A stretch of 63,266 nucleotides of DNA, counting the filler, from Octopus bimaculoides (taxonomy: Eukaryota), in assembly GCF_001194135.2 (NCBI RefSeq). It is 10 parts of 7 records of this genome, joined end to end, with 100 filler letters (N's around TTAATTAATTAA, not from the genome) between each part and the next. Parts side by side here need not be neighbours in the genome. Positions count along the whole stretch, not along the records: positions 11,016 to 19,141 come from NC_068984.1; positions 19,242 to 24,450 come from NC_069003.1; positions 24,551 to 36,551 come from NC_068982.1; 7 more parts are not named here. One strand, 5' to 3'. The notes beneath the pieces were generated by a model. The model ran no database searches. It was not told the DNA's origin and saw only the letters and a program-made list of their open reading frames with translations. The position numbers were made by a program, and so were the translations under genes. Position 1 is the first letter of the stretch. Every line of letters starts with the position of its first letter. Shown one piece after another: positions 13,776 through 27,057 of the stretch.

Positions 13776-16401
13776 AATATTTAGACTGTCTAAAAAGGCA
13801 TACCGTATATATNNNNNNNNNNNNNNNNNNNNNNNNNNNNNNNNNNNNNNNNNNNNNNNNNNNNNNNNNNNNNNNNNNNNNNNNNNNNNNNNNNNNNNNN
13901 NNNNNNNNNNNNNNNNNNNNNNNNNNNNNNNNNNNNNNNNNNNNNNNNNNNNNNNNNNNNNNNNNNNNNNNNNNNNNNNNNNNNNNNNNNNNNNNNNNNN
14001 NNNNNNNNNNNNNNNNNNNNNNNNNNNNNNNNNNNNNNNNNNNNNNNNNNNNNNNNNNNNNNNNNNNNNNNNNNNNNNNNNNNNNNNNNNNNNNNNNNNN
14101 NNTATATATATATATATATATATGAAGGTCCATTCCGTTCCGAGTTCAGATTCTTGCCGTGCCGAGCCAAACTTAACCTTTTATTCTTACAAAGTCGATG
14201 AAACAAAATGCCACTCAAGTATTGTGGTTCAATATAGTTGTGTCTATAGTCCAAATTTATGGACTCATACCTAAGTTAAAAATCTGTATTATTAGTCTCT
14301 TGAAAGCAATCCCTTAGGAAACTTTGAATATAGTTATGTACCTTTGTATCCTGAGTTAAAATCCCGAAACACCCATTCTCTTAAAGACTTTAGAAAATAA
14401 GTAACAGTAACCTACTAAGGTCGAGTTTATCGATTTTTCACTTCTCTCGCAATTGCAGGCGCTATTTCACAATCTCTCAATTCTGCCGACACAGCTAAAC
14501 ATTTCTTCCTTCAGTGGGTAATGAAATGTAACAGATGGCATTAAGTAAGCGACTAGCATGCACAAGTACTACTAAAGACACTGGGATGTTATTCGTCATT
14601 TATTCCCACTCGATAAATTTGAGAAATTATTCTGATTTTCACTCTTGTGAAAGTTTTTACACTTTAATTAAAATGGTTGTATGTTTCCTATTGTATGAGG
14701 TCTTTGAGAGACAACCAATGATTTGGACAGTTTTATGGGTACGGTATAAAAAGTGTATAGCCTAGGCCAATATGCCTCTGCCTTATGCAATGCTTTTCTT
14801 TCATTGCATGGCTATGATAAGACATTTTAATCATGACCACATGTCAAAGTGTATTTTGTTTTAACAAGACAATAGTTTGAGTTATAAGAGAGATTCCACT
14901 GATATTTCTAGCGCCTCAGAGAACAAATTACACGGGTGTAGGGAACTCTTAACACGTAACGAAATAAGGTCTCCATTGAAATTTGAAACTCCTGCTGAGG
15001 AAATCTCTAAATAAACACAAGGGAAAATAGTCTTTGCTTGCATATACGTACTTGCAATTCCATGCAAAAAAATTTTCCGTCCCTGATTTAGAGGATCCCT
15101 ATCTAACGCAGAAAAAACGATGTATAATTGCCAACTTATATATTTGTTAGATTGCAGTTCTGCGTTTAATTTATAAATAGATGAGAGAAAGAAAAAAACT
15201 ATGTGTGACTGATAAGCGTTTTAGAAGGGGATTATTTGGAAAGGGGATTTGACTCTCTAAATCATCATTCTATAACTGTCATACGTCCTTTGTAACACAC
15301 CATAGAATAAGCATATTCCCTAAATAAAATCCCCTCCTCCTCCTCCTCCTCATCATCATCATCATCATCCTCATCATCCTCATCCTCCTCCTCCTCCTCC
15401 TCCCCCTCATCATCATCATCATCATCATCATCATCAGTGTCATATCGTCAACACCATCCACCACCATTATGAATATCATGATCATCATCATCAGTCGGAA
15501 CGACAACGACTGCATCATTTCCCTCATAACTATCCTCATTTTATGCAGACTGTACGGGAGAGCGTTTATGTTGGCCTTCGATATTGGGTTGACGGTGGAT
15601 AAGAGCGACAATGCACCTAAGGAAACCTTAGGCGTCGACGAAAATTCACATGCTGCAGAGTTCTTGAGAACTTTTAGTTCAGAGCATATGTTTAATTTTC
15701 AAATGGCTCCCACTTTGCAGTGATAGTGTATGGGGTATTGCTGGTTCAAGATAAACTCTACAGCCACGGAAGTACCGTCAGACGGGCTTTTCTCAGATGC
15801 TTGTAGAGCGGCGAAACTGTTTTGCATGCACTCGCTTAGCGACTGAACATTGACAACTTGAGGAATTAAGTCGAGCACCAGCTGTAAAATGTAGCACGGA
15901 TCGGGTTATCTTATGAGTCTATCAAACTTATTCTGATGCTTTCTTTCGATAGGAAGGGCAGATAGTTATTTTTATTTGTATAATGGCATTAGCAAAAGTA
16001 ATTGTGTTATTGACATGATGGCAAAACCTGGAGGTCGACGCATTCCTTTCCAGCTAGGCTCACATCTGCTTTTTCAAGATTCACTTGGAAAGAAAGGGGA
16101 AGTTGGAGACGGATGTGTCATCTGGTAAGCTTGTCGAAAAAACGGATGAGAGTGGTAAGAACGTTCGAGTGAACAGGCTTCCTTTATTCACGTGCTTTTA
16201 GAATTGCAGGGATACAGTTTGGAATAGGTGCGTGTCTTTATGGTCAGACTGACCAGGATTTTGTTGGCTTCACGGATAACACACGAAAGCCCTCCATCTT
16301 TTTGGAGAGCTTTACTTGTTTAATGTTTTTCTTCTTTCATTTACATTTTGTTTTCTTGCCAACCCCACCTCTCTGTTCTTGTAATTATCATTATTATTAT
16401 T

Positions 16402-16560
16402 TAGGTAGCGAACTGGCAGAATCGTTACCGCGCCGCACAAAATGCTTAGCTGTATTTCTTGCTTTGAATTAAAATTTCGTCGAGGTATACTTTGCTTTTC
16501 AGTCTTCCGGGATGATTAATATAAGTACCAATGAAATATTGGGGTTGAGGTAATTGGTTA
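16402..16560 (+). mobile_element. SINE family A, diverged
   Basis: Head GCGAACTGGCAGAATCGTTA followed by AAATGCTTAGC and AAGTACCA. Confidence 0.7.
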
Positions 16561-16602
16561 GTCTCCTTCTCTTAAATATGTAGGCTACGTGCTCATAGTA
16601 TT

Positions 16603-16810
16603 ATACTTTTCTACACTAGGCACAAGGCCTGGAATTTTGGGGGAGGGGGCCAGTCGATTAGATCGTCTCCAGTACGCAACTGGTACTTAATTTATCGACC
16701 TCAAAAGGATGAAAGGCAAAGTCGACCTCAGTAGAATTTGAATTCAGAACGTAACGGCAGACGAAATACCGCTAAGCATTTTGCCCAGCGTGCTAACGTG
16801 TCTGCCCCTT
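16603..16810 (-). mobile_element. SINE family A, near full length
   Basis: Colinear reverse complement of 3226-3441. Confidence 0.85.
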
Positions 16811-17354
16811 GTGCTTATAGTATTATTATCATTAAAGTTGTAGTTGCTGCTGTTGCTGTATTATGTGTAGTTTTTTTCTTTAGTACTTGCGAATTTTCTT
16901 TGCAGAAATTATTTGGAAAACACTACTGAGGATAAAATTACTTCGACATTAATCGCTATTCAAATCTCAACGATGCAATATAAACATGAGAGAATGCATT
17001 TGTAGCGTTTCAATGTTTCATCTAGCCAATAATTTATCAATATTAGTTTTTCTCGCCTATTTGAATTGGATATATGTTATTCTAAAACAGATAATTGTAC
17101 GGTATCAACATTATTTGTTTTTTCTCGCCAATATTGTACGTGATATGTATAAATAATCATATTTCGATAGATGCATATAAATCCATATTGGGTGTTTCAC
17201 AAGAAAGTCTTCAAAAACAAACAAAAACAAGATATGCGAGAATCAACATAGAAACGAAGAAACTAGGATTAAGCAACTGTTGTTAAAAAGTCCATTCATA
17301 AAAAAAAAGGCATTAATAGTAAACGAAATTATTTAAATAAATAAACGCTTTGCT

Positions 17355-17530
17355 GTAGGTGCGGAATGTTTAGGCGGTTAAGAACCTCGCTTTGGAATCG
17401 CATATTTTCAGGTTCGGTTCCACTACCCAGCATCTTGGACAAGTGTCTTCAAGTATACCCCCAAGTCGAGCGATGACCTCTGAGCAAATTTAGTACACAG
17501 AAATTGCGTGTTTGGAAGACCGAAATATGT
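17355..17530 (+). mobile_element. tRNA-derived SINE family B
   Basis: GGTTAAGAA, GGTTCGGTTCCAC and CTTGGACAAGTGTCTTC motifs shared with the 20.6, 23.8 and 57.8 kb copies. Confidence 0.65.
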
Positions 17531-17584
17531 ATACACACACATACACAGATACGTATGTGTGTATATAAATATCAAATATTACTA

Positions 17585-17648
<64 letters not shown>

Positions 17649-17659
17649 GCTGCTGCTGC

Positions 17660-17692
<33 letters not shown>
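17585..17692. repeat. Compound (TAC)n(TGC)n(TAA)n microsatellite
   Basis: Seen directly. It explains the poly-T/A/N and poly-S/I ORFs here. Confidence 0.95.
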
Positions 17693-17693
<1 letters not shown>

Positions 17694-18810
17694 TTGCTTG
17701 TTTGTTCGCTCGTCATACATTAGTTAGAGAGGTGAAGTTGGAGTGAGTGAAAGGTGAAGTAATAGTGAGAGAGAGGGAGAGGAGTGAAAAAAGAAGAGAG
17801 GAAGAAGTAGAGAAAGGTGATTAATATTAATACACTTAGGCCAAATGGTCACATGGTCAACTGAAGGTAAAGGTGAAGAACGAGAGAAAAAGACGATGAG
17901 AGAAAAAGGGAGAGAGAAGTGTAAACGACGTGCAGTGGGGTGGAGAAGGAATACTTATTACGCGGTTACAAAGTTAGCTGAAGGTTAAGATAAATAGAGA
18001 GAGATGGACTAGAGAAGCAGTTAAATTGAAAGAAAGAAAAAGAGAGAGAGAGAAAGAGAGAGAGAGAGACAGACAGAGAGAGAGACAGACAGAGAGAGAG
18101 ACAGACAGAGAGAGAGACAGACAGAGAGAGAGACAGACAGAGAGAGAGACAGACAGAGAGAGAGACAGACAGAGAGAGAGACAGACAGAGAGAGAGACAG
18201 ACAGAGAGAGATGCAGATAGCGGTGGTGGTGGTGGTGGTGGTGGTGGTGTGTTGATATCGAAAAGTATTTTCTTATACTGAAGTAATTTTTTTATAGTGA
18301 CCGTCGCATACGCTTAAGTGCAAATATTTATCGTCTGCTCGCTTAAAAAATTGATATTTGTTTAATTGTGTTAGTTTAGTCTAAACTATATATTCACAAG
18401 AAATATGGTTGCAAGCTCCCTGACAGAGGATGCGCAAATATAGAGCCCGCATTAGAGAGGAAAAAAGACTACACCGACGGAGACGTGAGGAAATGTGTGT
18501 AGACGAATGCCAAGACTATTTAAAGAAAGCTAAACTATGAATGCTATAAAAATGCAAATCATAATTTCCTACTTAAATAGGTCTTAATCTTTTCCATTCC
18601 ATGGAATTTACACCGGTCCTACTAGTATATATATATATATATATGTGCGCGCGCGCGTGTGTGCATGCGTCTGTGTTTGCGATTGCTCCCCATCGCTAAG
18701 CAACATGTTAGTACTGTATGAAAGGATTCTCTACATACTGCAGACACAAAATTATTTAGATTATTTACATTATTTACATTTGACGGATATTTGTTCTCAT
18801 CTTGTTTGTT

Positions 18811-18858
18811 AAAACAACGTTTCGGCTGATATACCCTCCAGCCTTCATGAGGTGTCTT
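18811..18858 (-). ncRNA. Degenerate minimal hammerhead motif (family B)
   Basis: Minus strand reads AAGACAC-CTCATGA-A-GGCTG-gagggtatat-CAGCC-GAAAC-GTT-GTTTT. Stem II is a perfect 5 bp and stem III is the palindrome AACGTT. G5 is changed to C. It sits in a repeat next to (TTA)n at 18904. Confidence 0.6.
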
Positions 18859-18903
18859 AGGGAAATTTCGAACTTGGGTCTTCATTCCTAAGGTATTTTT
18901 CGA

Positions 18904-19003
<100 letters not shown>

Positions 19004-19241
19004 GTTCAGTAGTTTTATTTTTATAACGTGCTTTCACTTCACTACCGAGCGCAGCTCAGTGCGCCTTGGGTATGTGCTGTGGTTTGCTGTGGTGCTCTTA
19101 TGTTTACTGTATTGAAAGTGTTTTGCGTAGAATGTGTGCAGNNNNNNNNNNNNNNNNNNNNNNNNNNNNNNNNNNNNNNNNNNNNTTAATTAATTAANNN
19201 NNNNNNNNNNNNNNNNNNNNNNNNNNNNNNNNNNNNNNNNN

Positions 19242-19281
<40 letters not shown>

Positions 19282-19703
19282 TTCTCCTGTCTATTTTTAT
19301 GAGAACATAATACAATAGTTTTGTATCTGTGCGAACGCACGCACACACACACACTCACACAAATACATGCATGTATTTCCAATAGTCCATTGACATAAAT
19401 GCATGCGTTTCACATGTACCAACGTATATACGTAACAGACAGAAGATGAAATAAACGAAGATTATCCGATATCAAACACAAGAGTTTTATTGCATAATCG
19501 GTTTTATACGATACATTAGATTAATATGCACTAGAAGTATCAATTGATTATGCATCGATATTCAATCTGTTTAGCGTATCGTATCTCGCAAGCAGTGTTA
19601 ATGAATGTTATTCTCGAAACACCTATTCGCATATATTTATGTTCGATCTAACAAGGGAGTCTCGATGCCGTCAAACGATCCGCTAGAAAGAGTAACCAAA
19701 TCA

Positions 19704-19762
<59 letters not shown>

Positions 19763-20504
19763 AGTATTTTCTGCAGTGTTTAGTGAAAAGAAAGCGAAGA
19801 ATATTTTGGATATTGTTTATAGTTGATTCGCCGTCACTCGCGAGCGAGTGTCACGTGTTAGCGTGTACAATGCTTTCGCTAGTCGCTCATAATGTTAGGT
19901 CCTTGCGCAGCTGCGAGCGGACAGATACGTCCTCTCGTCTCGGTTCCTCACTCCTCTGACTCAGCGGAACATCGAGGATCTGAGAAGTGGAGAGAGGGAC
20001 AAAGAGTGAAGGGCTTTGCACCAGCATTCGGTTGGTACTCGTTTTCAGCTGAACTGACTCTGGTAAAGTGCCTTGCTCAAGGACACAGCGTGCCGCCCGA
20101 TCCAAGAATCGACCCCATGATCATATATTCTTTAAATCCAACATCTTGACCAATACATACATACATACAAATATTAATAAAACAATTGTGCTCAGCTAAT
20201 GAGGTTTAATATGAATGAAGCATATTCAGAATTGTCACTACACTGCTAATGAACAAACTCTCCCCTCGCATCATTCAGTGTTTAATTAACATTAATTAGT
20301 TTTAACTTTAGATTGTCTCTCTTGCCTTTCAGGACAAAATCTAATCGTTAATCTAATATTTTTTGCTGTTCATTACGGGCATAATTTTAATTAAATTAAG
20401 AATATTTCCTGATTCTCAAATAAGCGAGTTAGAAGAATTTTTACCGTGCCAGGCCAAATGCTAAACTACATTTCGTCTGTCTCTACGTTTTGAGGTCAGA
20501 CTCA

Positions 20505-20670
20505 CAATCAAAGTGTATATACGACGGGCTTCTTTCAGTTTCAGTCTATCAAATCCTCTCAGACTTTGGTCGGCCCAAGAACACTTGCCCAAGGTGCTAC
20601 GCAGTGGGACTAAACCCGGAATCATATGGTTGGGAAGCAAGCATCTTACCACAGAGCTATACCTCGCACC
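20505..20670 (-). mobile_element. SINE family B
   Basis: Reverse complement of the family B head (ACACTTGCCCAAGGTGC, CAGTGGGACTAAACCCGG, CTTACCAC). Confidence 0.8.
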
Positions 20671-20744
20671 AGTCTCTGTGTGTGTGTATGTGTGTGCGCG
20701 GGCGTTTATCTTTAGTATGTATGTGTGTATGTCTTTGTGTTTGT

Positions 20745-20950
20745 TTTTGCCTCCTTACTTTCGCTTAACAACCGGTGGTGGTTTGTTTACGTCCCCATTA
20801 CATAGCGGTTCGCTGAAATAAAATAGACCGATAGAATAAGTACCAGACTTTTAAAAACAGAAAACCTAGTTGGTCGATTTATTCGCCAAATACCATTCAA
20901 AGTGATGCCCCAGCATATCTGCAGCCCCTTGACTAAAAACAAGTATTAGG
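20745..20950 (+). mobile_element. SINE tail module C
   Basis: CGCTTAACAACCG, AGCGGTTCG, GACCGATAGAATAAGTAC and CCCCAGCAT, homologous to the 21.4, 24.0, 46.8, 49.8, 54.1 and 56.2 kb copies. Confidence 0.75.
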
Positions 20951-21209
20951 ATTAAAGGGTTATTTATATGGGAGAGGGTGCTGAAAAGCTTCTGGCTTTG
21001 GGTAAAAGAAAATGCAGGAAGATCAGTTAATTATGATTTTATTCAACATATTCACTTCTCAGATTCACTTATTGCAGCGATCCTTCAGTTTTTCTAAGCC
21101 CTAGAAAAGAACTCAGAAGGTTGGGCCTTCAATCAGGCCTTTCACAACACCCTTAGAGCTAGGACTTGTTCAGTACCCTCACGTATATGTATGTATGTAC
21201 GCATGTGTG

Positions 21210-21245
<36 letters not shown>

Positions 21246-21274
21246 AGTGTGTCTGTGTGTCTGTGTATTCTTTT

Positions 21275-21480
21275 ATTACTCTTTTGCACGTTTCAGTCAT
21301 TTTGACTGCGGCCATGCTGAAGCACCGCCTTAAATCGACCCAAAGACTTATTCTTTGTAAACCTACTACTTATTCTATCGAACTCTTTTGCCGAACCGCT
21401 AAGTTACGAGACCATAGACACACCAACATCGATTGTCAAGCGATGGTAGCGGGACAAACAGGCATAAAGACACACATAAA
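21275..21480 (-). mobile_element. SINE tail module C
   Basis: TTTCAGTCATTTTGACTGCGGCCATGCTG...GCCGAACCGCTAAGTTACG...GTCAAGCGATGG. Confidence 0.8.
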
Positions 21481-21487
21481 TATACAT

Positions 21488-21540
<53 letters not shown>

Positions 21541-21869
21541 NNNNNNNNNNNNNNNNNNNNNNNNNNNNNNNNNNNNNNNNNNNNNNNNNNNNNNNNNNNN
21601 NNNNNNNNNNNNNNNNNNNNNNNNNNNNNNNNNNNNNNNNNNNNNNNNNNNNNNNNNNNNNNNNNNNNNNNNNNNNNNNNNNNNNNNNNNNNNNNNNNNN
21701 NNNNNNNNNNNNNNNNNNNNNNNNNNNNNNNNNNNNNNNNNNNNNNNNNNNNNNNNNNNNNNNNNNNNNNNNNNNNNNNNNNNNNNNNNNNNNNNNNNNN
21801 NNNNNNNNNNNNNNNNNNNNNNNNNNNNNNNNNNNNNNNNNNNNNNNNNNNNNNNNNNNNNNNNNNNNN

Positions 21870-21911
<42 letters not shown>

Positions 21912-22394
21912 GTTGTTGTGGTCGTCGTCGTAGTCGCCATTTTTACTACTGCAATAGTCTTTGTTATTATTTATGTATGAGCGAACGTATAAATATTTTA
22001 CTATTTCCGGCATTCTTGTCACTTTGATGTAGTAAAATGGATGAGAGGCTGGCTCACTGGCCGACGGTCTTCTTCGCCATACATACATAATCCAGTCGGT
22101 AAATCTGTGAATGGTGATTCAACGCTAGTTTTAAGGGCAATATAACGTAAATCGTTTAATGTCTTCTATGAATTGTCTGACATTAAATGTAATTATGTGC
22201 TTTCTCTGAGTGTAAAATGTATGATGTCACGTGATGCTACTCTTCAACAGAATAGAACGGTGTTTGATATATCTGACAGCAAAATCTACCAGCATATTTC
22301 AAACGGAGTCTCACGGTAAATTAGGTCTCTGTGTAGTGATTTATTGTGAAATACGGGTAAATACAATAACTGGTCCTCCGTCGGTTCCGACGGT

Positions 22395-22655
22395 GAGTGT
22401 TCCTGTTGATCCGATCAACGGAAAAGCCTGCTCGTGAAGTTAACGTGCAAGTGGCTGAGCACTCCACAGACACTTGTACTCTTAACGTAGTTCTCGGGGT
22501 GATTCAGTGTGACAAGGCTGGCCCTTTTGGAAGTCAGGTTCGACTTATTTTTGTCAGCTGATTGGTCTGGGCAACCTGTCGCCGGAAATCGAACACACGA
22601 CCTGATAATCGTGAGTTTAATATGCCATAGAAACCGGGCCCATGAGCCTGGCCAG
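22395..22655 (-). mobile_element. tRNA-derived SINE family D
   Basis: CCGATCAACGG...GTTAACGTGCAAGTGGCTGAGCACTCCACAGACAC, shared with the 33.2, 34.3 and 63.1 kb copies. Confidence 0.8.
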
Positions 22656-22939
22656 GCTTTATATGGGAGCGAACGAACGATACGTTTTTTTACCACGTTG
22701 CTTGCATGCAAAGATGTTTCTTTTTCTTTTCTTTTTTTTTTGTTTATAATTACTGACCCTTTTTTTTTGTTTTTTTTTTGACCCCCTACCAACTTGCCCA
22801 AATCAGCCAAGCTGCCAAAGGGCTTAATCTGATTTTTTATGCAATTCCTGAAAAAATTTTTTTTTTATAATCTTTACTTATTGTAATCGATAAAAGAAGA
22901 CATTCGATGTAAATTGGATTAATAAATTTATTTATTTAT

Positions 22940-23770
22940 TATTTACTGTAAATTTACGGGTACAAACAATGTATGACATTTTACTTCGTCTTTTTTGCAC
23001 GATTCACTGTAGAATACGGGTATATACTGTATCTGATGTTAAACTGTCTGTTCCATGAGTTACTGTAAAATACGGGTACATGAAGTGTGGTCTGTGATTT
23101 ACTGTAATATACGGGTACGTACAGTATTGGATATTATGATATGTTTTATGATTCACTGTAACATGCGGGTACATTGTGTTTTACATTCTATTATATCTGT
23201 TCTGTGGTTTCTGTGAAATACGGTATATATCGTGTCTTACATTCTATTATGTCTGTTCTATGGTTTCTATGAAATACGGGTACATACCGTGTCTTACATT
23301 TTATTGTATCTGTTCAAAGGTTTCTGTGAAATATGGGTACATACCGTGTCTGACATTCTATTATGTCTCTTCTGTGGTCTCTGTGCAATACGGGTGCATA
23401 TAGTGTCTGACATTTTAGTATGTCTGTTCTGTGGTCTCTGTGCAATACGGGTACGTATAGTGTCTTGCAGTTTATTATGTCTGTTCTACGGTTTCTGTGA
23501 AATACGGGTACGTACAGTGTCTTACATTCTATTATGTCTGTTCTATGGGTTACTGTGAAAAACGGGTATGTATAGTGTCTGACATTCTATTTTGACTGTT
23601 TTGTAGATTACTTTAAAATAGGGGTACATACAGAGTCCGGCGTTAAAGTATATGTTCTGTGAGATACTGTGAATACGGGTACATCGTGTGTCTGGCATTC
23701 TACTATATTCTGTGATTTACTGTGGAATACGGGTATGTACAGTGTCTGATAGTATATATTATGTCTATTC
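22940..23770. repeat. 57-bp minisatellite, about 15 copies
   Basis: The GGG of the anchor AATACGGGTAC falls at 23278, 23335, 23392, 23449 and 23506 (57-bp period). The period drifts at both array ends. Confidence 0.9.
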
Positions 23771-23782
23771 TTTAATTTACTT

Positions 23783-24180
23783 CAGGTTCCATCTCAATGT
23801 GCGGCACCCTGGGCAAGTGTCTTCTACCATAGCTCTGGGCCTAATAATGTCTCGTGGGTGGATTTGGTAGACGGAAACTGTGTGGAAGCTCATCGTAAAT
23901 ATGTGTGTGTGTGTGGGTGTTTATCTTAGTGCTTCTCTTTGTCCCACTACCACCACCACAACCACCGTCACCACCGCTTGACAACCGATGGTAGTTTGTT
24001 TACATCCCCCCTCTTAACTAGGCAGTTGGGCAAAAGTGTACCTGATTTTTTTTCTTTTATTTTTTCTTTAATAAAAAAAAACTAGGAGTCGATTTGTTCC
24101 ACTGACCTTCTTCCATACACACACCTTCAAAGCGGTGCCCCAATATGGGCGCAGTCCAATGACCGAAACAAATAAAAGAA
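23783..24180 (+). mobile_element. Composite SINE: family B head + (GT)n + module C
   Basis: GGCACCCTGGGCAAGTGTCTTCTAC...GGATTTGGTAGACGGAAAC, then CCGCTTGACAACCGATG...GCAGTCCAATGACCGAAAC. Confidence 0.75.
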
Positions 24181-24389
24181 AAATAAAACACAAACAAAAT
24201 AACTCTACACCTCTTAGAAACAAAAGCCATTTTTTTTTAATATATATATATTTCGGGAGATTTTTTCTGTTTCTTTCTTCATTTTCTCTTTTGTTTTGCA
24301 TTTCAATGTTTTTTGTTTTAACCACAAGATGAGGCTAATGTGTTGAAAAATACTCACACATACATACGTACACACATACACACACAGAC

Positions 24390-24450
<61 letters not shown>

Positions 24451-24972
24451 NNNNNNNNNNNNNNNNNNNNNNNNNNNNNNNNNNNNNNNNNNNNTTAATT
24501 AATTAANNNNNNNNNNNNNNNNNNNNNNNNNNNNNNNNNNNNNNNNNNNNATATATATGAATATATATATGAATATATATATGTATGTATATATATATAT
24601 GAATATATATGCATGTATATATATATATGAATATATATGTATGTATATATATATATATGAATATATATGAATATATGTGTGCGTGTATGCATATACTTAG
24701 ATGTATGTACATATATTTATATATACTTACGTGTATGTGCACATGTGTATGTATATACAGTATATGTAGATATAAACATATACATTTTTGTGTGTGTATG
24801 TGTGTGTGTGTTGTGTGTGCGTGTGTTTATGTGTGTGCCTGTGCGCGCGCATGTCTTCATACCTACATATATATCTGAATACACACATTCATACAATATA
24901 TATATAAACGCATACGTATGCACATACATACATGCATACATACATACATACATACATACATACATACATACA

Positions 24973-25003
<31 letters not shown>

Positions 25004-25334
25004 GTGTGAACGTGTAATAACGAGGCGATTGAGCCGCGAAGTGTTATAAGTCCATAGCGAGGAAAGATGGCGGAGGCGAGAGGAAAGATGGCGGGAGTGT
25101 AAACTAATGTAAATATAGAGAAAATGCCTCTTGACTTTTGAATCAGAGCCAGAAATATAACAACAATGAATAACAAGCACAAAACAAAACAAAGGAGGAT
25201 TAAATAAAAAGAAAAACAACAAAAATAAGAATAGATAAAATACAAAAACACCCCGAAAAAGTAAAAACCTAAGAAATGTATTTAAATACATACATATAAA
25301 AGGAAATATATGCATATGTGTATGTCTGTATACG

Positions 25335-25368
<34 letters not shown>

Positions 25369-27012
25369 TCTGGTTGCAGACATGAGAATGACGTGTTAAG
25401 TGGAAATATAGTTGTATTTCAAAGAGACCGCAGACGACTAAACAAAAATAAGAATATATATGTGTGTAGGTGTTTATGTATGTGTGTGTGTGCGTGTGTG
25501 TGCATATTTGTATTTGTGTGTACATGTGTATAGCTGTATATATTTTTTATGCGTGTGTATATGAGAGACAGAGAGGGAGGGAAAACATCTATATATCCGT
25601 TTATCTATCTAACTATAGATATATGCGCATACGTATATGTGTATGCATACACGCACACACACACACACACACATATATATTGTTATATACACATATATTA
25701 TGCATATACTTACACAAATACACACGTAGAAAAAGACACTCAAACATACATCCAAATATATATATATATATTCTACATATATCATGAAAGTGGGAGTAAA
25801 AGCAATACATACATTCATTCACACATATTTCCAAATATACATACATACATATATACACATATACATACAATATGTACCCATAACTACAAAGAGAGAGGTG
25901 TGGAATTAAAAATAAAAGAGCGAAGAAAAAGATAAAATATCTTTCTGTGTTGTTTTAGTTTCCAAATGGTAAGAGAAAGAGAAGCAGAGTCGAAGAGATA
26001 GAGTGAGAGCGGGTAAGATTGTGCGCGAGAGAGAAGGGGAGATGCGTCTGTATGTCGTCTGCTTGTGTTTATACTCTATAGAGAGAAATAAAAGTGAGAG
26101 GGAGTGGGAGGTGGTTGTGTGGTGGGTAGGAGGAGAATTGTCTGAAGTTTGAAATAAAAGCGATATAAAGGCGAAAAAAATAGCTTAAAACAAAACAAAA
26201 CAAGCCAAAACTGAACAAAAAAATGGACAAAAAGAAAAGAAAATTTGTATTATATGACAACAACAAGAGCAGCAACAATATTAAAATAGATATTTGACGA
26301 AAATGAGAGAAAATGAAAGAGAACGTGAGAAAGAGAGAGAGGAAGAGAGAGAGAGAGGAAGAGAGAGAGAGAGGAAGAGAGAGAGAGAGAAGCAGAGGTG
26401 GTAAGAAAATGTGTGATTTTTTTGTTTGTAAATTTATAAAATGGCANNNNNNNNNNNNNNNNNNNNNNNNNNNNNNNNNNNNNNNNNNNNNNNNNNNNNN
26501 NNNNNNNNNNNNNNNNNNNNNNNNNNNNNNNNNNNNNNNNNNNNNNNNNNNNNNNNNNNNNNNNNNNNNNNNNNNNNNNNNNNNNNNNNNNNNNNNNNNN
26601 NNNNNNNNNNNNNNNNNNNNNNNNNNNNNNNNNNNNNNNNNNNNNNNNNNNNNNNNNNNNNNNNNNNNNNNNNNNNNNNNNNNNNNNNNNNNNNNNNNNN
26701 NNNNNNNNNNNNNNNNNNNNNNNNNNNNNNNNNNNNNNNNNNNNNNNNNNNNNNNNNNNNNNNNNNNNNNNNNNNNNNNNNNNNNNNNNNNNNNNNNNNN
26801 NNNNNNNNNNNNNNNNNNNNNNNNNNNNNNNNNNNNNNNNNNNNNNNNNNNNNNNNNNNNNNNNNNNNNNNNNNNNNNNNNNNNNNNNNNNNNNNNNNNN
26901 NNNNNNNNNNNNNNNNNNNNNNNNNNNNNNNNNNNNNNNNNNNNNNNNNNNNNNNNNNNNNNNNNNNNNNNNNNNNNNNNNNNNNNNNNNNNNNNNNNNN
27001 NNNNNGTGTGTT

Positions 27013-27057
<45 letters not shown>

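Noticed and set aside
22940-23770. CRISPR-like periodic array or repeat membrane protein
   Set aside because: The whole unit is repeated with no unique spacers and no cas genes, in a eukaryotic context. The ORFs have no splice or start support.
24495-25935. Stacked YI/CV/HT-rich ORFs (also 56367-57413 and similar)
   Set aside because: These are translations of (TA)n, (CA)n and (TACA)n tracts, which lack stops in several frames.
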